Source of the DNA: a bacterium
GTDB lineage: Bacteria > J088 > JAWLBW01
Reading direction: 5' to 3'
NCBI GenBank assembly: GCA_041690355.1
Contig: JAWLHK010000015.1
Coordinates: forward strand, 1 to 64,000
DNA length: 64,000 nucleotides
In this document: positions 29,975 to 39,754 of the stretch, piece after piece
How the letters are laid out: every line of letters starts with the position of its first letter
How positions within the stretch are numbered: position 1 is the first letter of the stretch
Program-made: the position numbers and the translations under genes
Notes under the pieces: model-generated
Told to the model about the DNA's origin: nothing
Database searches by the model: none
Seen by the model: the letters and a program-made list of their open reading frames with translations, nothing else

Positions 29975-31021
29975 ATGTTGACCCAGCTTCTACTTGCAGC
30001 GCTCGTGGTTGCCGCCGCGCCCGCGGGTACGTCCGTTCCGCAGGGACAGGAAACGGTTGCCATCGGGCAGCGCGAGGCCTGGCGGGCCACCGCCGCGCAG
30101 CCGCTCGAAGTCGCGGTCGCCGGTACCGGTAAGCTGCGCATCTCCTATTACCCGCTACTCGACGCCGCGCGGCCCGATGCCCCGTACAAGCTGATCGTGA
30201 CGCACAAGGGGCGGCGCTCTGCTCTCAACGTGCCGGTTCGTGCGAGCGCCGCGCGGGCGGGTGCTTTGACGATTGGCCAGCCCGTCGCGTTTGCGCTGAG
30301 CGTCAGCGACGGTGATCGCCTGCGGTTCGAGCCGCAGGGCTCGGCCACCGGCGGCGCGCTTCTCTGGAGCTGGTCTGAAGGGGGCCCCGCGGCCGCACCC
30401 GCAACGGCCGGGGCGCGAGACGCCCGCGACACCGAAGACGAGGCCGATGCCGAGGAAGAAGATGCGGATGACGCGCCGCGAAACGACTGGGCCCGCAGCA
30501 AGACGCTGGCGGCGCTCGCGGCCGGCTATCAGTTGTCTACGGGCGAAGCCGACGGCCCGCAGGTCGAACTGCGCGGCGGATATCGGCTGGCGGCCCTCTC
30601 GCACCGTCTGATTCTCGCCGGCGGCATCGGCTGGTTCGGGGCGTCGGGTGATCGGCTCGTTCGCGAAGCGACCGGATTCGTCACCTCAGACTGGACGTTG
30701 AGCGTCATCCCGATCTCGCTCGGCGCCGAGTTTGAACAGCCGGTGGGCCCGATCGCGGTCTATGCCGGTGCGGCCGTCGAGTTTGCGGTCACGCTGCTCA
30801 GCGTCGATTCCACCGACGCGTTCGGCGAAGCCACGACGCTCGACGATACGGCGCTCGCCATCGGGCCGCGCGGGTACGGCGGCGTGCGCGCTCCTGCGGG
30901 GCCGGGAAGCGTTTTCGTCGAAGGCGGCTATACCTATCGCGACGCCATGTACGACCAGAGCCGGTACACGGGGCGGATTTCGGGAACGCACATCCTGGCG
31001 GGCTACCGCCTGGAGATGTAG
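29975..31021 (+). CDS. secreted protein with C-terminal beta-barrel-like domain
   Basis: GGAGG RBS, signal peptide, acidic linker, amphipathic strands ending LAGYRLEM. Confidence 0.65.
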   Translation: MLTQLLLAALVVAAAPAGTSVPQGQETVAIGQREAWRATAAQPLEVAVAGTGKLRISYYPLLDAARPDAPYKLIVTHKGRRSALNVPVRASAARAGALTIGQPVAFALSVSDGDRLRFEPQGSATGGALLWSWSEGGPAAAPATAGARDARDTEDEADAEEEDADDAPRNDWARSKTLAALAAGYQLSTGEADGPQVELRGGYRLAALSHRLILAGGIGWFGASGDRLVREATGFVTSDWTLSVIPISLGAEFEQPVGPIAVYAGAAVEFAVTLLSVDSTDAFGEATTLDDTALAIGPRGYGGVRAPAGPGSVFVEGGYTYRDAMYDQSRYTGRISGTHILAGYRLEM

Positions 31022-31044
31022 GCGCAACGCCGCGATTTCAACGG

Positions 31045-31073
31045 GGCGGTTCCTGCGGGAACCGCCTTTTTTT
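31045..31073 (+). terminator. intrinsic terminator
   Basis: GGCGGTTCC-TGCG-GGAACCGCC-TTTTTTT. Confidence 0.85.
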
Positions 31074-31209
31074 GCGTCCGTTCGCCGGGCGGCCGGGCGC
31101 TGCCGTTCATGCCCCGTCGTAGTGCGCATCCCTCAGAAGAGTCGTGAAAACAGTGGGTTAGGGCGGAATGCTTCGGTCCCCTAGCGGAAACGTCGGGAAT
31201 CTGCCATGA

Positions 31210-31249
31210 TGAATGAACAACCATTCAGTGCTGAATGAGTGTTCGTTCA
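31210..31249. promoter_or_regulatory. two tandem 18-bp TetR/FadR-like operators
   Basis: TGAATGAACAACCATTCA (31210..31227) and TGAATGAGTGTTCGTTCA (31232..31249). Confidence 0.7.
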
Positions 31250-31297
31250 GCCGCGAACTTCGCGCACCCAACCCTGCGCAAACATCACAGGTGTAGC

Positions 31298-33166
31298 ATG
31301 GCACGACTCTATGACCGCCGCGATCTCGACTTCGTTCTGAACGACGTGCTGAACGTCGCTCAGCTGACCCGTTTCCCCCGTTACAAAGAGCATTCGTCTG
31401 AGGTCTTCGAGATGATTCTCGACGCCGCCGACAAGCTGGCGCATGAAGTCATCGCGCCGACGAACATTGACGGCGATCGCATCGGGGTCAAGTACGACAA
31501 CGGCAAGGTCATCGTGCCCGACTCGTTCGGCAAGGCGCTCGAAGCCGTGCGCGACGGCTCCTGGATTACGCTGATGGACGACGAGAAGGTCGGCGGCCAG
31601 CAGATTCCCTTCGTCGTCGGCGTCAACACCAGCTCGGGCATGTTCGCCTCGGCCAACTTCTCGTTCATGATGCTCGTCGGCATGATGCACGGCGCCGGCA
31701 AGCTCGTCGAAGAGTACGGCACCGATCGGCAGAAGAAGCTCTTCATGGATCCGATGTACGCCGGCAAGTGGGGGGGCACGATGTGTCTCACCGAGCCGCA
31801 CGCCGGCAGCGACGTCGGCGCCATCAACACGACGGCCCGCCGCAACGCCGACGGCACGTTCTCCATCAAGGGGACGAAGATCTTCATCACCTGGGGTGAA
31901 CACGAACTGACCGAAAACATCGTCTACCCGGTGCTCGCCCGCATCGAAGGCGATCCGATGGGCACGAAGGGGATCTCGATTTTCCTCGTCACCAAGTACC
32001 GCGTGAACGAAGACGGTTCGCTGGGTAAGCGCAACGACGTGCACTGCGCCGGCACCGAACACAAGATGGGCATCCACGGCTCGCCCACCTGCACGATGGT
32101 CTTCGGCGACAACGACGAGTGCATCGGCGAGCTGCTCGGCGAAGAGCGCTCGGGCATGAAGATCATGTTCAAGATGATGAACGAAGCCCGCCTCGGCGTC
32201 GGCGCCCAGGGGCTGAACATGGGCGAACCGGCCTTCCAGTACGCTCTCGAATACGCCATGGAGCGCAAGCAGGGTTCATCGGTGCGCGAGTTCAAGAACC
32301 CCGACGCGCCGCGTGTGGCCATCATTGAACACCCCGATGTGCGCCGCATGCTCATGGACATGAAGGCCAAGGTCGAGGCGATGCGCATGCTGCTCTCCTA
32401 CGTCGCCTTCAACATGGACGTCGAGCACGCCGCTGAGGACGGCGCCGAGAAGCAGGCGGCCAAGGGGGTCGTCGAGCTGCTGATCCCGATTCTCAAGGCC
32501 TGGTGCACCGACGTCGGCTTCGACGTCACCGAAACCGCCATTCAGGTGCTCGGCGGGCACGGCTTCCTGCGCGACCATCCGGTCGAGCAGTACATGCGCG
32601 ACCTGAAAATCGGCTCGATCTACGAAGGTACCAACGGCATCCAGGCCATGGACCTTCTCGGCCGCAAGCTGGGCATGCAGGGGGGCATGGTCTTCATGAG
32701 CTTCCTGAGCCGCATCGACGAGCTGACCGAGCGCCTCGCCAAGAGCGCGAACGTGAAGGGCGAAGCGGCCCTGCTGAACGAACTGCGGGCGGCCCTGGCC
32801 GAAACCGCCATGGGGCTCGGCATGAGCTTCAGCGGCGGCGATCTCGACCTTCCGCTGCTCAACGCAAAGCCGTTTCTCGACGCCATGGGCGACATCGTCG
32901 CCTCGTACCTGCTGCTCTGGCAGGCCGAAGTCGCCGAAAAGAAGCTGGCCGAGCTGGCGGCGGCCAAGGGGATCAGCGACGACGCCCGCGCCGGATGGGT
33001 GCGCGGCGACGCCGATGCGGCCTTCTTCGACACGAAGATCAAGACGGCCAAGTATTTCGCGGGCCGGTACCTGCCCATGTCGCGCGCCCGGCTGGAAATC
33101 ATTCGCAACGGTGAGCGCAACGCCCTCGACGCGACCCTCGCGCCGACCGAACTCGCCGCCGTCTGA
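31298..33166 (+). CDS. acyl-CoA dehydrogenase
   Basis: GTMCLTEPHAGSDVG, GTKIFIT, EHKMGIHGSPT, IYEGTNGIQAMDL. Confidence 0.95.
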   Translation: MARLYDRRDLDFVLNDVLNVAQLTRFPRYKEHSSEVFEMILDAADKLAHEVIAPTNIDGDRIGVKYDNGKVIVPDSFGKALEAVRDGSWITLMDDEKVGGQQIPFVVGVNTSSGMFASANFSFMMLVGMMHGAGKLVEEYGTDRQKKLFMDPMYAGKWGGTMCLTEPHAGSDVGAINTTARRNADGTFSIKGTKIFITWGEHELTENIVYPVLARIEGDPMGTKGISIFLVTKYRVNEDGSLGKRNDVHCAGTEHKMGIHGSPTCTMVFGDNDECIGELLGEERSGMKIMFKMMNEARLGVGAQGLNMGEPAFQYALEYAMERKQGSSVREFKNPDAPRVAIIEHPDVRRMLMDMKAKVEAMRMLLSYVAFNMDVEHAAEDGAEKQAAKGVVELLIPILKAWCTDVGFDVTETAIQVLGGHGFLRDHPVEQYMRDLKIGSIYEGTNGIQAMDLLGRKLGMQGGMVFMSFLSRIDELTERLAKSANVKGEAALLNELRAALAETAMGLGMSFSGGDLDLPLLNAKPFLDAMGDIVASYLLLWQAEVAEKKLAELAAAKGISDDARAGWVRGDADAAFFDTKIKTAKYFAGRYLPMSRARLEIIRNGERNALDATLAPTELAAV

Positions 33167-33194
33167 GCCGCTGCGCGCCACGGCCTGTTATCAC

Positions 33195-33226
33195 AAGGCC
33201 CCTCCGGAATCCGGAGGGGCCTTTTT
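33195..33226 (+). terminator. intrinsic terminator
   Basis: AAGGCCCCTCCGGA-A-TCCGGAGGGGCCTT-TTT. Confidence 0.85.
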
Positions 33227-33409
33227 CGTGGGCCGACCGTCTCCGGGGGGGCGGGCGGGGGACTGCCGGTGCGTTGCCCCCGGTATCGAAAAGCAATCGG
33301 TGTCCGGAAATGCTTTACAGTCGCCCAGTAATATGATACCGTTTAGCGCGATGTGTGGGACCCGTCGGCATACGGAGGTTCTGCCATCGAATCCAACTTG
33401 AGGGAGTGT

Positions 33410-33733
33410 ATGAACGAAATCGGTGATCGCATCAAGAAACTGCGCACCAGCCTCGGGCTGAAGCAGGTGCAGTTCTCGCAGCAAATCCGGGTGAGCCAGG
33501 GATATCTGGCCGAAGTGGAAAAGGGAAAGAAGATCCCCTCGTCCCGTGTTCTCCTGGCCGTCTCGACGGTCTTCGGCATCGACGAAGACTGGCTGCGCAC
33601 GGGCCGCGGCCGCAAGAGCCGCGCTGAGGACATGCAGCTGTCGAAGGAAGAGCGGGAGATCGTCAATCTCTTCCGCCGCCTCCGTCCGCCGGCCCAGACG
33701 GCCATCATGAAGCAGATGAAGGCCGCCGTCTGA
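33410..33733 (+). CDS. XRE-family HTH transcriptional regulator
   Basis: IGDRIKKLR..LGLKQ..F...VSQGYLAEVEKG..WLRTG. Confidence 0.88.
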   Translation: MNEIGDRIKKLRTSLGLKQVQFSQQIRVSQGYLAEVEKGKKIPSSRVLLAVSTVFGIDEDWLRTGRGRKSRAEDMQLSKEEREIVNLFRRLRPPAQTAIMKQMKAAV

Positions 33734-33752
33734 GGCGAACCTTTCGAGGTCC

Positions 33753-33789
33753 GGCCGACGGAGGGGAGACTCTTCGTCGGCTTTTTTTT
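33753..33789 (+). terminator. intrinsic terminator
   Basis: GCCGACGGAG...CTTCGTCGGC-TTTTTTTT. Confidence 0.75.
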
Positions 33790-34840
33790 GTCTGCCCATG
33801 GTGAACGCGTGCCCAAGGCTGGTCCCCTGATCCTGACCCTTCTCTTTGCGGTACTCCCGCTGCAGGCCGCGGCGAGTGAACTCGTGCCCGTGCGCATCGG
33901 CACCGAACCTCCGGGGGCGCGGGTCTACATCGACGGCGTGCTGCGCGGTGAAACCCCGGCGTCGCTGCAGATGCCCGCGGGCGAACACGATATCTTCCTC
34001 TACAAGCCGGGGATGCTCCCCGTGGCGCGGCGTGAGGTCTGGTCGGCAGACGAGCGGCCGATTCTGCGCGAGACGCTGCGGACGCAGCGGGGCGGCGTCG
34101 TCGTCCTCTCCGATCCGCCGCGCGCCGAGGTGGTCATCGACGGGCGCGCCGTGGGGGTGACGCCGATCGCTTTCGAAGACATGCCGCCCGGCCGCTACCG
34201 GATCGAACTGCGGCGGAAAGGGTTCGAGCCCTGGCGCTCCGAAATCGACGTCGGGGGGGGCCAGCCCGCCTTGGTCGACGTGCGCCTGGTGGGACCGCCG
34301 GTCTATCTCTGGGTCGAGGCCGCGCGGGGTTCGGCCGTATACCTCGACGGCTCCTATGCGGGTGACGTGACGGGCGACTCTCTCGGTTTGCGCGTGCGCC
34401 CGGGCACGCATGAGCTGCGCATCGTGCGCGGCGGTTTCGCCTCGGTGCAGCAGCTCGTCATCGAGCCGGGGCGCGACGCCTTCGCGCAGGAAGGCGAGAT
34501 GCAGCGTATCCCCAACGCCGCCGTACCCGAGCGTGCCGCCTTGAATCCGCGCTGGTACGCCGTCGCCGGCGGCTCGGCCGTGGCCCTGGGGGGGGCGACC
34601 CTCGCCGTCGTGTCGGCCGTGCAGGCTTCGGGCGCCCGCGACGACTACGAGAGCGCCTGGCGCCGTGCCGAGATTGCCGATGCGCGCGGGCGCATCGTCT
34701 CGGCCAACCGGCTCATCTGGGTCGGCAGCGGCCTGGCCGCGCTGGGGGCCGCCGGGGTCTGGTGGGCCTGGCCGAGCGCACCGGCGGCCATCGGATTTCG
34801 CACCGACGGCGTTACGCTCACGTGGAGGATGGCGCCATGA
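33788..34840 (+). CDS. PEGA-domain protein
   Basis: Repeated TEPPGARVYIDG..GETP / SDPPRAEVVIDG..GVTP; C-terminal hydrophobic helices; start uncertain. Confidence 0.85.
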   Translation: MSAHGERVPKAGPLILTLLFAVLPLQAAASELVPVRIGTEPPGARVYIDGVLRGETPASLQMPAGEHDIFLYKPGMLPVARREVWSADERPILRETLRTQRGGVVVLSDPPRAEVVIDGRAVGVTPIAFEDMPPGRYRIELRRKGFEPWRSEIDVGGGQPALVDVRLVGPPVYLWVEAARGSAVYLDGSYAGDVTGDSLGLRVRPGTHELRIVRGGFASVQQLVIEPGRDAFAQEGEMQRIPNAAVPERAALNPRWYAVAGGSAVALGGATLAVVSAVQASGARDDYESAWRRAEIADARGRIVSANRLIWVGSGLAALGAAGVWWAWPSAPAAIGFRTDGVTLTWRMAP

Positions 34841-35418
34841 TCCGCTTTTGGATTCTCTCCCTGGCCTGGCTGGCGATGACGGCCTGCGCGTCGGAGACCT
34901 TCGACAATCCCTACGACCCCGAAGGGAGCGCCTTTGTCGATGCCTGCGCCGAGGCGCCCGCCGAAGCCGCGGAAAACTGCATTCTCTGGTTCGATGCGAA
35001 GCGCCTCGACGGGTGGCACGTCGTCGAATCGAGCTCCACGTACAGCGTACGCGTGCGCAACGACGATCCGTTGCATCCCGGCGTCCTGATCCTCCCCGCC
35101 TGTGAAAATACGTGGATCGAACGCGAGGTTCCGGTCTCGGGCGCGGCGGCCGAGCTGCGCGTCGTCTGGCAGCTGCCGGCCGATTCGACGGCCGGGTTCG
35201 AGCTGTCGCTCAATCGCCGTCCGCAGCCGCTCGACACCGTGGGTCTCGTGGGCGACGATGCCGGGTGGAATGAGAGCACTCTCGTCATTCCGGCCGGAAC
35301 ATTCCGCGCCGGCGACGTCGCGCAGGTGCGGCTCGCTGCGGCCGGACTTCTCGGCCCCGATTGCGGAAGCACGATCGCCGTGGATCGGGTGCGCATGACG
35401 GCGCTCGCAGGTCAGTGA
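34837..35418 (+). CDS. lipoprotein, unknown function
   Basis: ATGA overlap with the PEGA gene; signal peptide ending MTAC. Confidence 0.7.
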   Translation: MIRFWILSLAWLAMTACASETFDNPYDPEGSAFVDACAEAPAEAAENCILWFDAKRLDGWHVVESSSTYSVRVRNDDPLHPGVLILPACENTWIEREVPVSGAAAELRVVWQLPADSTAGFELSLNRRPQPLDTVGLVGDDAGWNESTLVIPAGTFRAGDVAQVRLAAAGLLGPDCGSTIAVDRVRMTALAGQ

Positions 35419-35419
35419 T

Positions 35420-35530
35420 AGCTGGGCGCTGGTTGCTGGTCGCTGGACGCTGGACGCCGGGCGCCCGACTCTGGACTCTCGACTCTCGACTCTTGACTCT
35501 TGACTCTGGACTCTGGACTCCGGACGCTGA
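35420..35530. repeat. heptamer arrays (CGCTGGN)n and (GACTCTN)n
   Basis: About 8 tandem GACTCT(G/C/T) units preceded by CGCTGG-type units. Confidence 0.85.
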
Positions 35531-35533
35531 CTG

Positions 35534-36835
35534 ATGCCTGACGACCTCGCCATACCCCCAGGGGCCCTGAAGGTCATGAACGTGCTCCGTGCGGCGGGCC
35601 ATACTGCAGTGCTCGCGGGGGGCTCGGTGCGCGACGTCGTGCTCGGGCGCGCCCCGCGCGACTGGGACGTCGCCACGTCGGCCCCCGGCGAACAGGTGCA
35701 GTCCCTTTTCCCCCGCGTCAATCCGGTCGGTCTGCGCCACAACACCGTCGGGGTATTCGAGGAGGAGAGCTGGATCGAGGTCACGACCTTTCGCGACCGC
35801 CAGCGTACGCTCGAGGGGGATCTGGCCTTGCGCGACTTCACCGTCAACGCCATGGCCCTGGATCCCGAAACCGGCCGGATCATCGATCCGCTCGGCGGAC
35901 GGGCCGACCTCGGGGCCGGGGTGCTGCGCGCCTGCGGAAGTGCGCTCGATCGCTTCACTGACGATCCGCTGCGCATTCTTCGCGCGGCCCGCTTTCTGGC
36001 CGAGCTGGGGCTCGAGCCGGATGCGGACGTCACGCAGGCCGCCGCCGCGCTGGCGGCCCGTCTCGAGTCGATCGCCCCCGAGCGCATCCGCGACGAATGG
36101 CTGAAACTGCTTGTCGGCCCCGAGACCCGGCGCGCCTTCGCCTGGCTCGAGCGCACGGGGGTGACCGCCGTGATTCTCCCGCCCCTGGCCGTGACGGTCG
36201 GGGTCGCCCAGAACCGCTGGCATCGATTCGACGTCTACGGACACACGGTCGAAACAGTAGCCCGCGCCGACGCCGACGTCGAGGTGCGTCTGGCCGGCCT
36301 CTTTCACGATCTGGGGAAGCCGGCCGTGCGCCAGTGGCGGAATAATGACTACACCTTCTACAACCACGAGCGGATCAGCGCCGAGATCGCCTCGGCGACG
36401 CTGACCGCGTGGCGGCTGCCCCAGCGGCTGCGCGACCGCGTCGTATCGCTGGTCGCGAACCACATGTTCCACTACGACCCGGCGTGGACCGACGCGGCCG
36501 TACGCCGTTTTCTGCGCCGTGTGAGCCCCGAACTGCTCGATCCCCAGTTCCGCCTGCGCCTGGCCGACAGCGCGGCGGCCGGTCTCGGGGGCGAAGCCGA
36601 GGCGGCGCAGAACCTGGCCGAGTTGCGGGGGCGCATCGAGCGGGAGATGGCCGCCCGTCGCGCGCTGCGCATCACCGATCTCCCCGTCGACGGCCACGAC
36701 GTCATGCGCGTGACCGGGGCGACCGGCCCCCGCATCGGCGTCGTCCTGCGCATGCTGCTCGAGCGGGTGACCGACGATCCGGCCTTGAACGATCGCGACC
36801 GGCTGCTGCGCGAGCTCGAAACGCTCGCCGAATAG
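35534..36835 (+). CDS. class II tRNA nucleotidyltransferase with HD domain (probably CC-adding)
   Basis: GGSVRD..DWDVAT, RDFTVNAMA, DDPLRILRAARF, ERIRDE, FHDLGK. Confidence 0.88.
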   Translation: MPDDLAIPPGALKVMNVLRAAGHTAVLAGGSVRDVVLGRAPRDWDVATSAPGEQVQSLFPRVNPVGLRHNTVGVFEEESWIEVTTFRDRQRTLEGDLALRDFTVNAMALDPETGRIIDPLGGRADLGAGVLRACGSALDRFTDDPLRILRAARFLAELGLEPDADVTQAAAALAARLESIAPERIRDEWLKLLVGPETRRAFAWLERTGVTAVILPPLAVTVGVAQNRWHRFDVYGHTVETVARADADVEVRLAGLFHDLGKPAVRQWRNNDYTFYNHERISAEIASATLTAWRLPQRLRDRVVSLVANHMFHYDPAWTDAAVRRFLRRVSPELLDPQFRLRLADSAAAGLGGEAEAAQNLAELRGRIEREMAARRALRITDLPVDGHDVMRVTGATGPRIGVVLRMLLERVTDDPALNDRDRLLRELETLAE

Positions 36836-36948
36836 ACGGTTCCGCCTCGAATCCGCCCCCTGTCAAGCCCGGGGGCCTCGCTGAAGGCCCGCCCCGGCCT
36901 GGCCCGCAGTTTTCCCCCTAGACTGAGAAGGAAGGGCCGCACAGGTTC

Positions 36949-37395
36949 GTGCGGCGGGGAGGGGTGCGTAGCGTGGACCTGCGAAGCCGGTATCTGCTCT
37001 GGATCAATATCCTGATGTTCTTTCTCGGCTTCGGCCTCGTGTTTCGCGTGGCGGCCATCTGGGCGACCTCGGATAGCGAGCGCGCCGGGACCACGTCGGA
37101 TGCAGAGTGGGAGCGCAGCCTGCGCTCGGCCGATCCCGTGGCCGCAGACATGAGCCTGACCTCGGCCGTGCAGACCGCCCTGCAGCTCGATCCCGAACTG
37201 GCGGGCCTGCCGCTCAGCGTGACCACGCGCGCGCGGGTCGTTCACCTGGCCGGCGCCGTGGCCGACGAAGCCCAGCGCCGGCGCGCCGGGCTGCTTGCCC
37301 GCGGCGTCCCCGGCGTGCGCGCCGTCGAAAACCGGCTGCGCACCGATCCGGCGGTGCGGCGCATGCCCCCCGGAACACCCCGGGCCGGACGGTGA
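36949..37395 (+). CDS. BON domain protein
   Basis: N-terminal TM; D..LTSAVQTAL..VVHLAGAV..VPGVRAVENRL. Confidence 0.8.
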   Translation: MRRGGVRSVDLRSRYLLWINILMFFLGFGLVFRVAAIWATSDSERAGTTSDAEWERSLRSADPVAADMSLTSAVQTALQLDPELAGLPLSVTTRARVVHLAGAVADEAQRRRAGLLARGVPGVRAVENRLRTDPAVRRMPPGTPRAGR

Positions 37396-37622
37396 GGGCA
37401 TGACAACCTTTCTACGCCTGATGGAACGGATGCCCGAAGCCGACGGCTCGCCCACGCCGCGGGGTGAACCGTGGGCCTGGCGGGGGATCGCGGGGAGCCC
37501 GCTGACCTGCAGGCAAGCGGCGGCCCCTTGGGCGTTCGATCCGGTCGTCCCCCCCGTTGTGTGAATCCGCGATGCGTTGCTAAACTGGCAATATATTTCT
37601 ACCCGTACCAAGAGGGCACGTT

Positions 37623-37919
37623 ATGGCAGCTGATACCGTCCGCGGCAGGCAGGGTGAGTCCGAAGCAGAAGAGGCCGGGTTTCAGGATCGGTTGAACCGG
37701 CAGGTCGAGCAGGCGCGCCAGCGCTTCAACGAGGGGATGCTGACCGCCCGCGACCGGCTGGGGGATGCGCGGCTGCGGGCCGGCGACGCCTGGGACGACG
37801 CCGTCGATTTCGTGCGCGAGAATCCCGGCAAGATCATCGTTGCGTCACTCGGGCTCGGGGTTGCCGTGGGGCTTACCGTGCGCTTCCTGCGCATGCGAAG
37901 CGGCGAAGACATCGAGTGA
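37623..37919 (+). CDS. DUF883/ElaB-like tail-anchored protein
   Basis: DFVRENPGKIIVASLGLGVAVG. Confidence 0.8.
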   Translation: MAADTVRGRQGESEAEEAGFQDRLNRQVEQARQRFNEGMLTARDRLGDARLRAGDAWDDAVDFVRENPGKIIVASLGLGVAVGLTVRFLRMRSGEDIE

Positions 37920-37999
37920 CGTAAGCCGGGCCGAAGCGGCGCGACTTCCGGGCCCGGGTCTGGCGGCGCGCCGTTTCAACCGGCCACCAGGGGGGACCT

Positions 38000-38305
38000 A
38001 TGCAACGTGAGTTTCGTGGCGTCGTCTGCGCGGGGCTGCTCGCCTTGGCCTCGGCGTGTGCGACGGGCTCGGGTACGCGTCAGGGGGATGTCGAAGTCTC
38101 CGACGGCTGGATCAACACCCGCGTGCGCACCGAGATTGAGCAGATCGCCGATGCCCGCGACCGGGTTTCGGTCCGCACGCAGAACGGCGTCGTCTACTTG
38201 TCGGGAACGGTCGACAGCGTGGCCGATATCGAAAAAATCGAAGAGCGGGCGACCGCCGTGCGCGGCGTGCGCGAAGTCAAGAACGATCTGCGGGTCATAC
38301 AATGA
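38000..38305 (+). CDS. BON domain lipoprotein
   Basis: Lipobox ASAC; DGWINTRVR..NGVVYLSGTV..GVREVKNDL. Confidence 0.85.
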   Translation: MQREFRGVVCAGLLALASACATGSGTRQGDVEVSDGWINTRVRTEIEQIADARDRVSVRTQNGVVYLSGTVDSVADIEKIEERATAVRGVREVKNDLRVIQ

Positions 38306-38599
38306 CGCTCGCGCGCCTCTTCTGGCTGCTGACCGCCTCGGGCGGCGAAGTAATGGGGCGCGAACTCGTCTACGGGGTGGCCGCGCTGTCGCTGCAGGTG
38401 TCGCTGGCCATGCTCATCCTCACCGCGCTGCTGGCGCCGCCGGTTCCCCGGCGCGCGCCCTCCGCGTCGCTCTCCGGGCGCGCGCATACCACACCGGCCT
38501 TGCCTCCGGCGCCTCTCCGGTGACGGCGTCCGCGTCACTTTTCCAGGGTCCTCACGTTTCCCACATCCCTCATGCCGGAGCCCCGCGCCTGCCGGCTCT

Positions 38600-38965
38600 T
38601 CAGGACGCCTGTCCGCCGAGCCCCGGCGCGGCGGCGAAAATCTCGGCGAGCCGCAGCAGGTAGCGGCGGCTCGCGGGAGACAGATCGACCGACGTCAGCC
38701 CGCGCTCGCGGGCCGGGTCGGCGGCCTCGCGCGACTCGGCGCGCACGATGCGCCCGCGCAGGGGTACCACCTCGCTCGCCAGAATGAGCAAGGCCTCGAC
38801 CGGGCCTTCGGGCGGGGCCTCTCCGGCATGCTCGAGGCGGATACCCGTCAGGCTCAGGTCGAGCGTACAGCCGTGCACGATCTGGCCGGCCTGGGTCTGC
38901 AGACAGATGAAATGCCGGCTGGCGACGCGCGGAAAGCGCCGCCGGTTCATGCGCCCGATGTTCAT
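38600..38965 (-). CDS. PilZ domain protein
   Basis: RRRFPR and DLSLTG c-di-GMP-binding motifs. Confidence 0.85.
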   Translation of the reverse strand: MNIGRMNRRRFPRVASRHFICLQTQAGQIVHGCTLDLSLTGIRLEHAGEAPPEGPVEALLILASEVVPLRGRIVRAESREAADPARERGLTSVDLSPASRRYLLRLAEIFAAAPGLGGQAS

Positions 38966-39094
38966 GCTTCGCCCCTCTCTGTGTTCAGGATAACCGGCGA
39001 GCGGCGGGTCGCCTGACCGTGCGCCCGAGTGAAGGCCCGGGCGGGTGACAGGGCGCCGCCGGCTGGGGTACAGTGATCGTCAGGGTTTTTCTTC

Positions 39095-39754
39095 ATGCAC
39101 AACCTTCCCATCCGGGCGGCCGTCTTTGACATGGACGGCACGCTGGCCGACACGTTCCCCGACATTCTCGACCAGTTCAACCGGATCCTCGTGCGGCACG
39201 GCCGGCCGGCCATCGATTTTCCGACGATGGTCAGCCTGCTCGGTCCCACCGAGGCCGAGATACTGCACGGCCTGCTTCCGCACCGGCCCGTGGGCGAATG
39301 CGAATCTGAAATCGTGGCGGCCATGGAAGCGGGCGCGCCGATTGCGCTCTTCGACGGCATGCGCGAGGTGCTCGCGGCGGCCCGGGACTCCGGCCTGCGC
39401 ATCGGCCTGTACACCGGCGCGGGACGGGGCTGCGGCGCGGCGCGCCTGCGCCGGATGGGGCTCGCCGGCGACGTTGACGCCTTTCTGACCGGCGACGACG
39501 TCACCCGCTCGAAGCCCGCGCCAGACGGGCTGCTGCACATGGCCGGCCTGCTGGGCGTGGCGCCGGAGCATTCGGTCTACATCGGCGACTCGCACCTCGA
39601 CGTGCAGGCCGCCCGTGCGGCCGGCATGCGGGCCCTGGGCGTGCTCTGGGGGGTCAGCGACCGGGCGCGGCTCGCCGCCGAAGCGCCGGATGCCATCGCC
39701 GAGGCGCCGGCCGAGCTGCTGGCCTGGCTGCGTGACCGCGCCGGGGCGGAATGA
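39095..39754 (+). CDS. HAD-family hydrolase
   Basis: FDMDGTL, KPAPDG, YIGDS..D. Confidence 0.9.
   Translation: MHNLPIRAAVFDMDGTLADTFPDILDQFNRILVRHGRPAIDFPTMVSLLGPTEAEILHGLLPHRPVGECESEIVAAMEAGAPIALFDGMREVLAAARDSGLRIGLYTGAGRGCGAARLRRMGLAGDVDAFLTGDDVTRSKPAPDGLLHMAGLLGVAPEHSVYIGDSHLDVQAARAAGMRALGVLWGVSDRARLAAEAPDAIAEAPAELLAWLRDRAGAE

Noticed and set aside
36949-38305. BON-DUF883-BON cluster as a novel system
   Set aside because: Common general-stress envelope gene grouping
38302-38523. 73-aa hydrophobic ORF after the BON lipoprotein
   Set aside because: The ATGA overlap is suggestive but there is no recognisable family; not supportable as a feature
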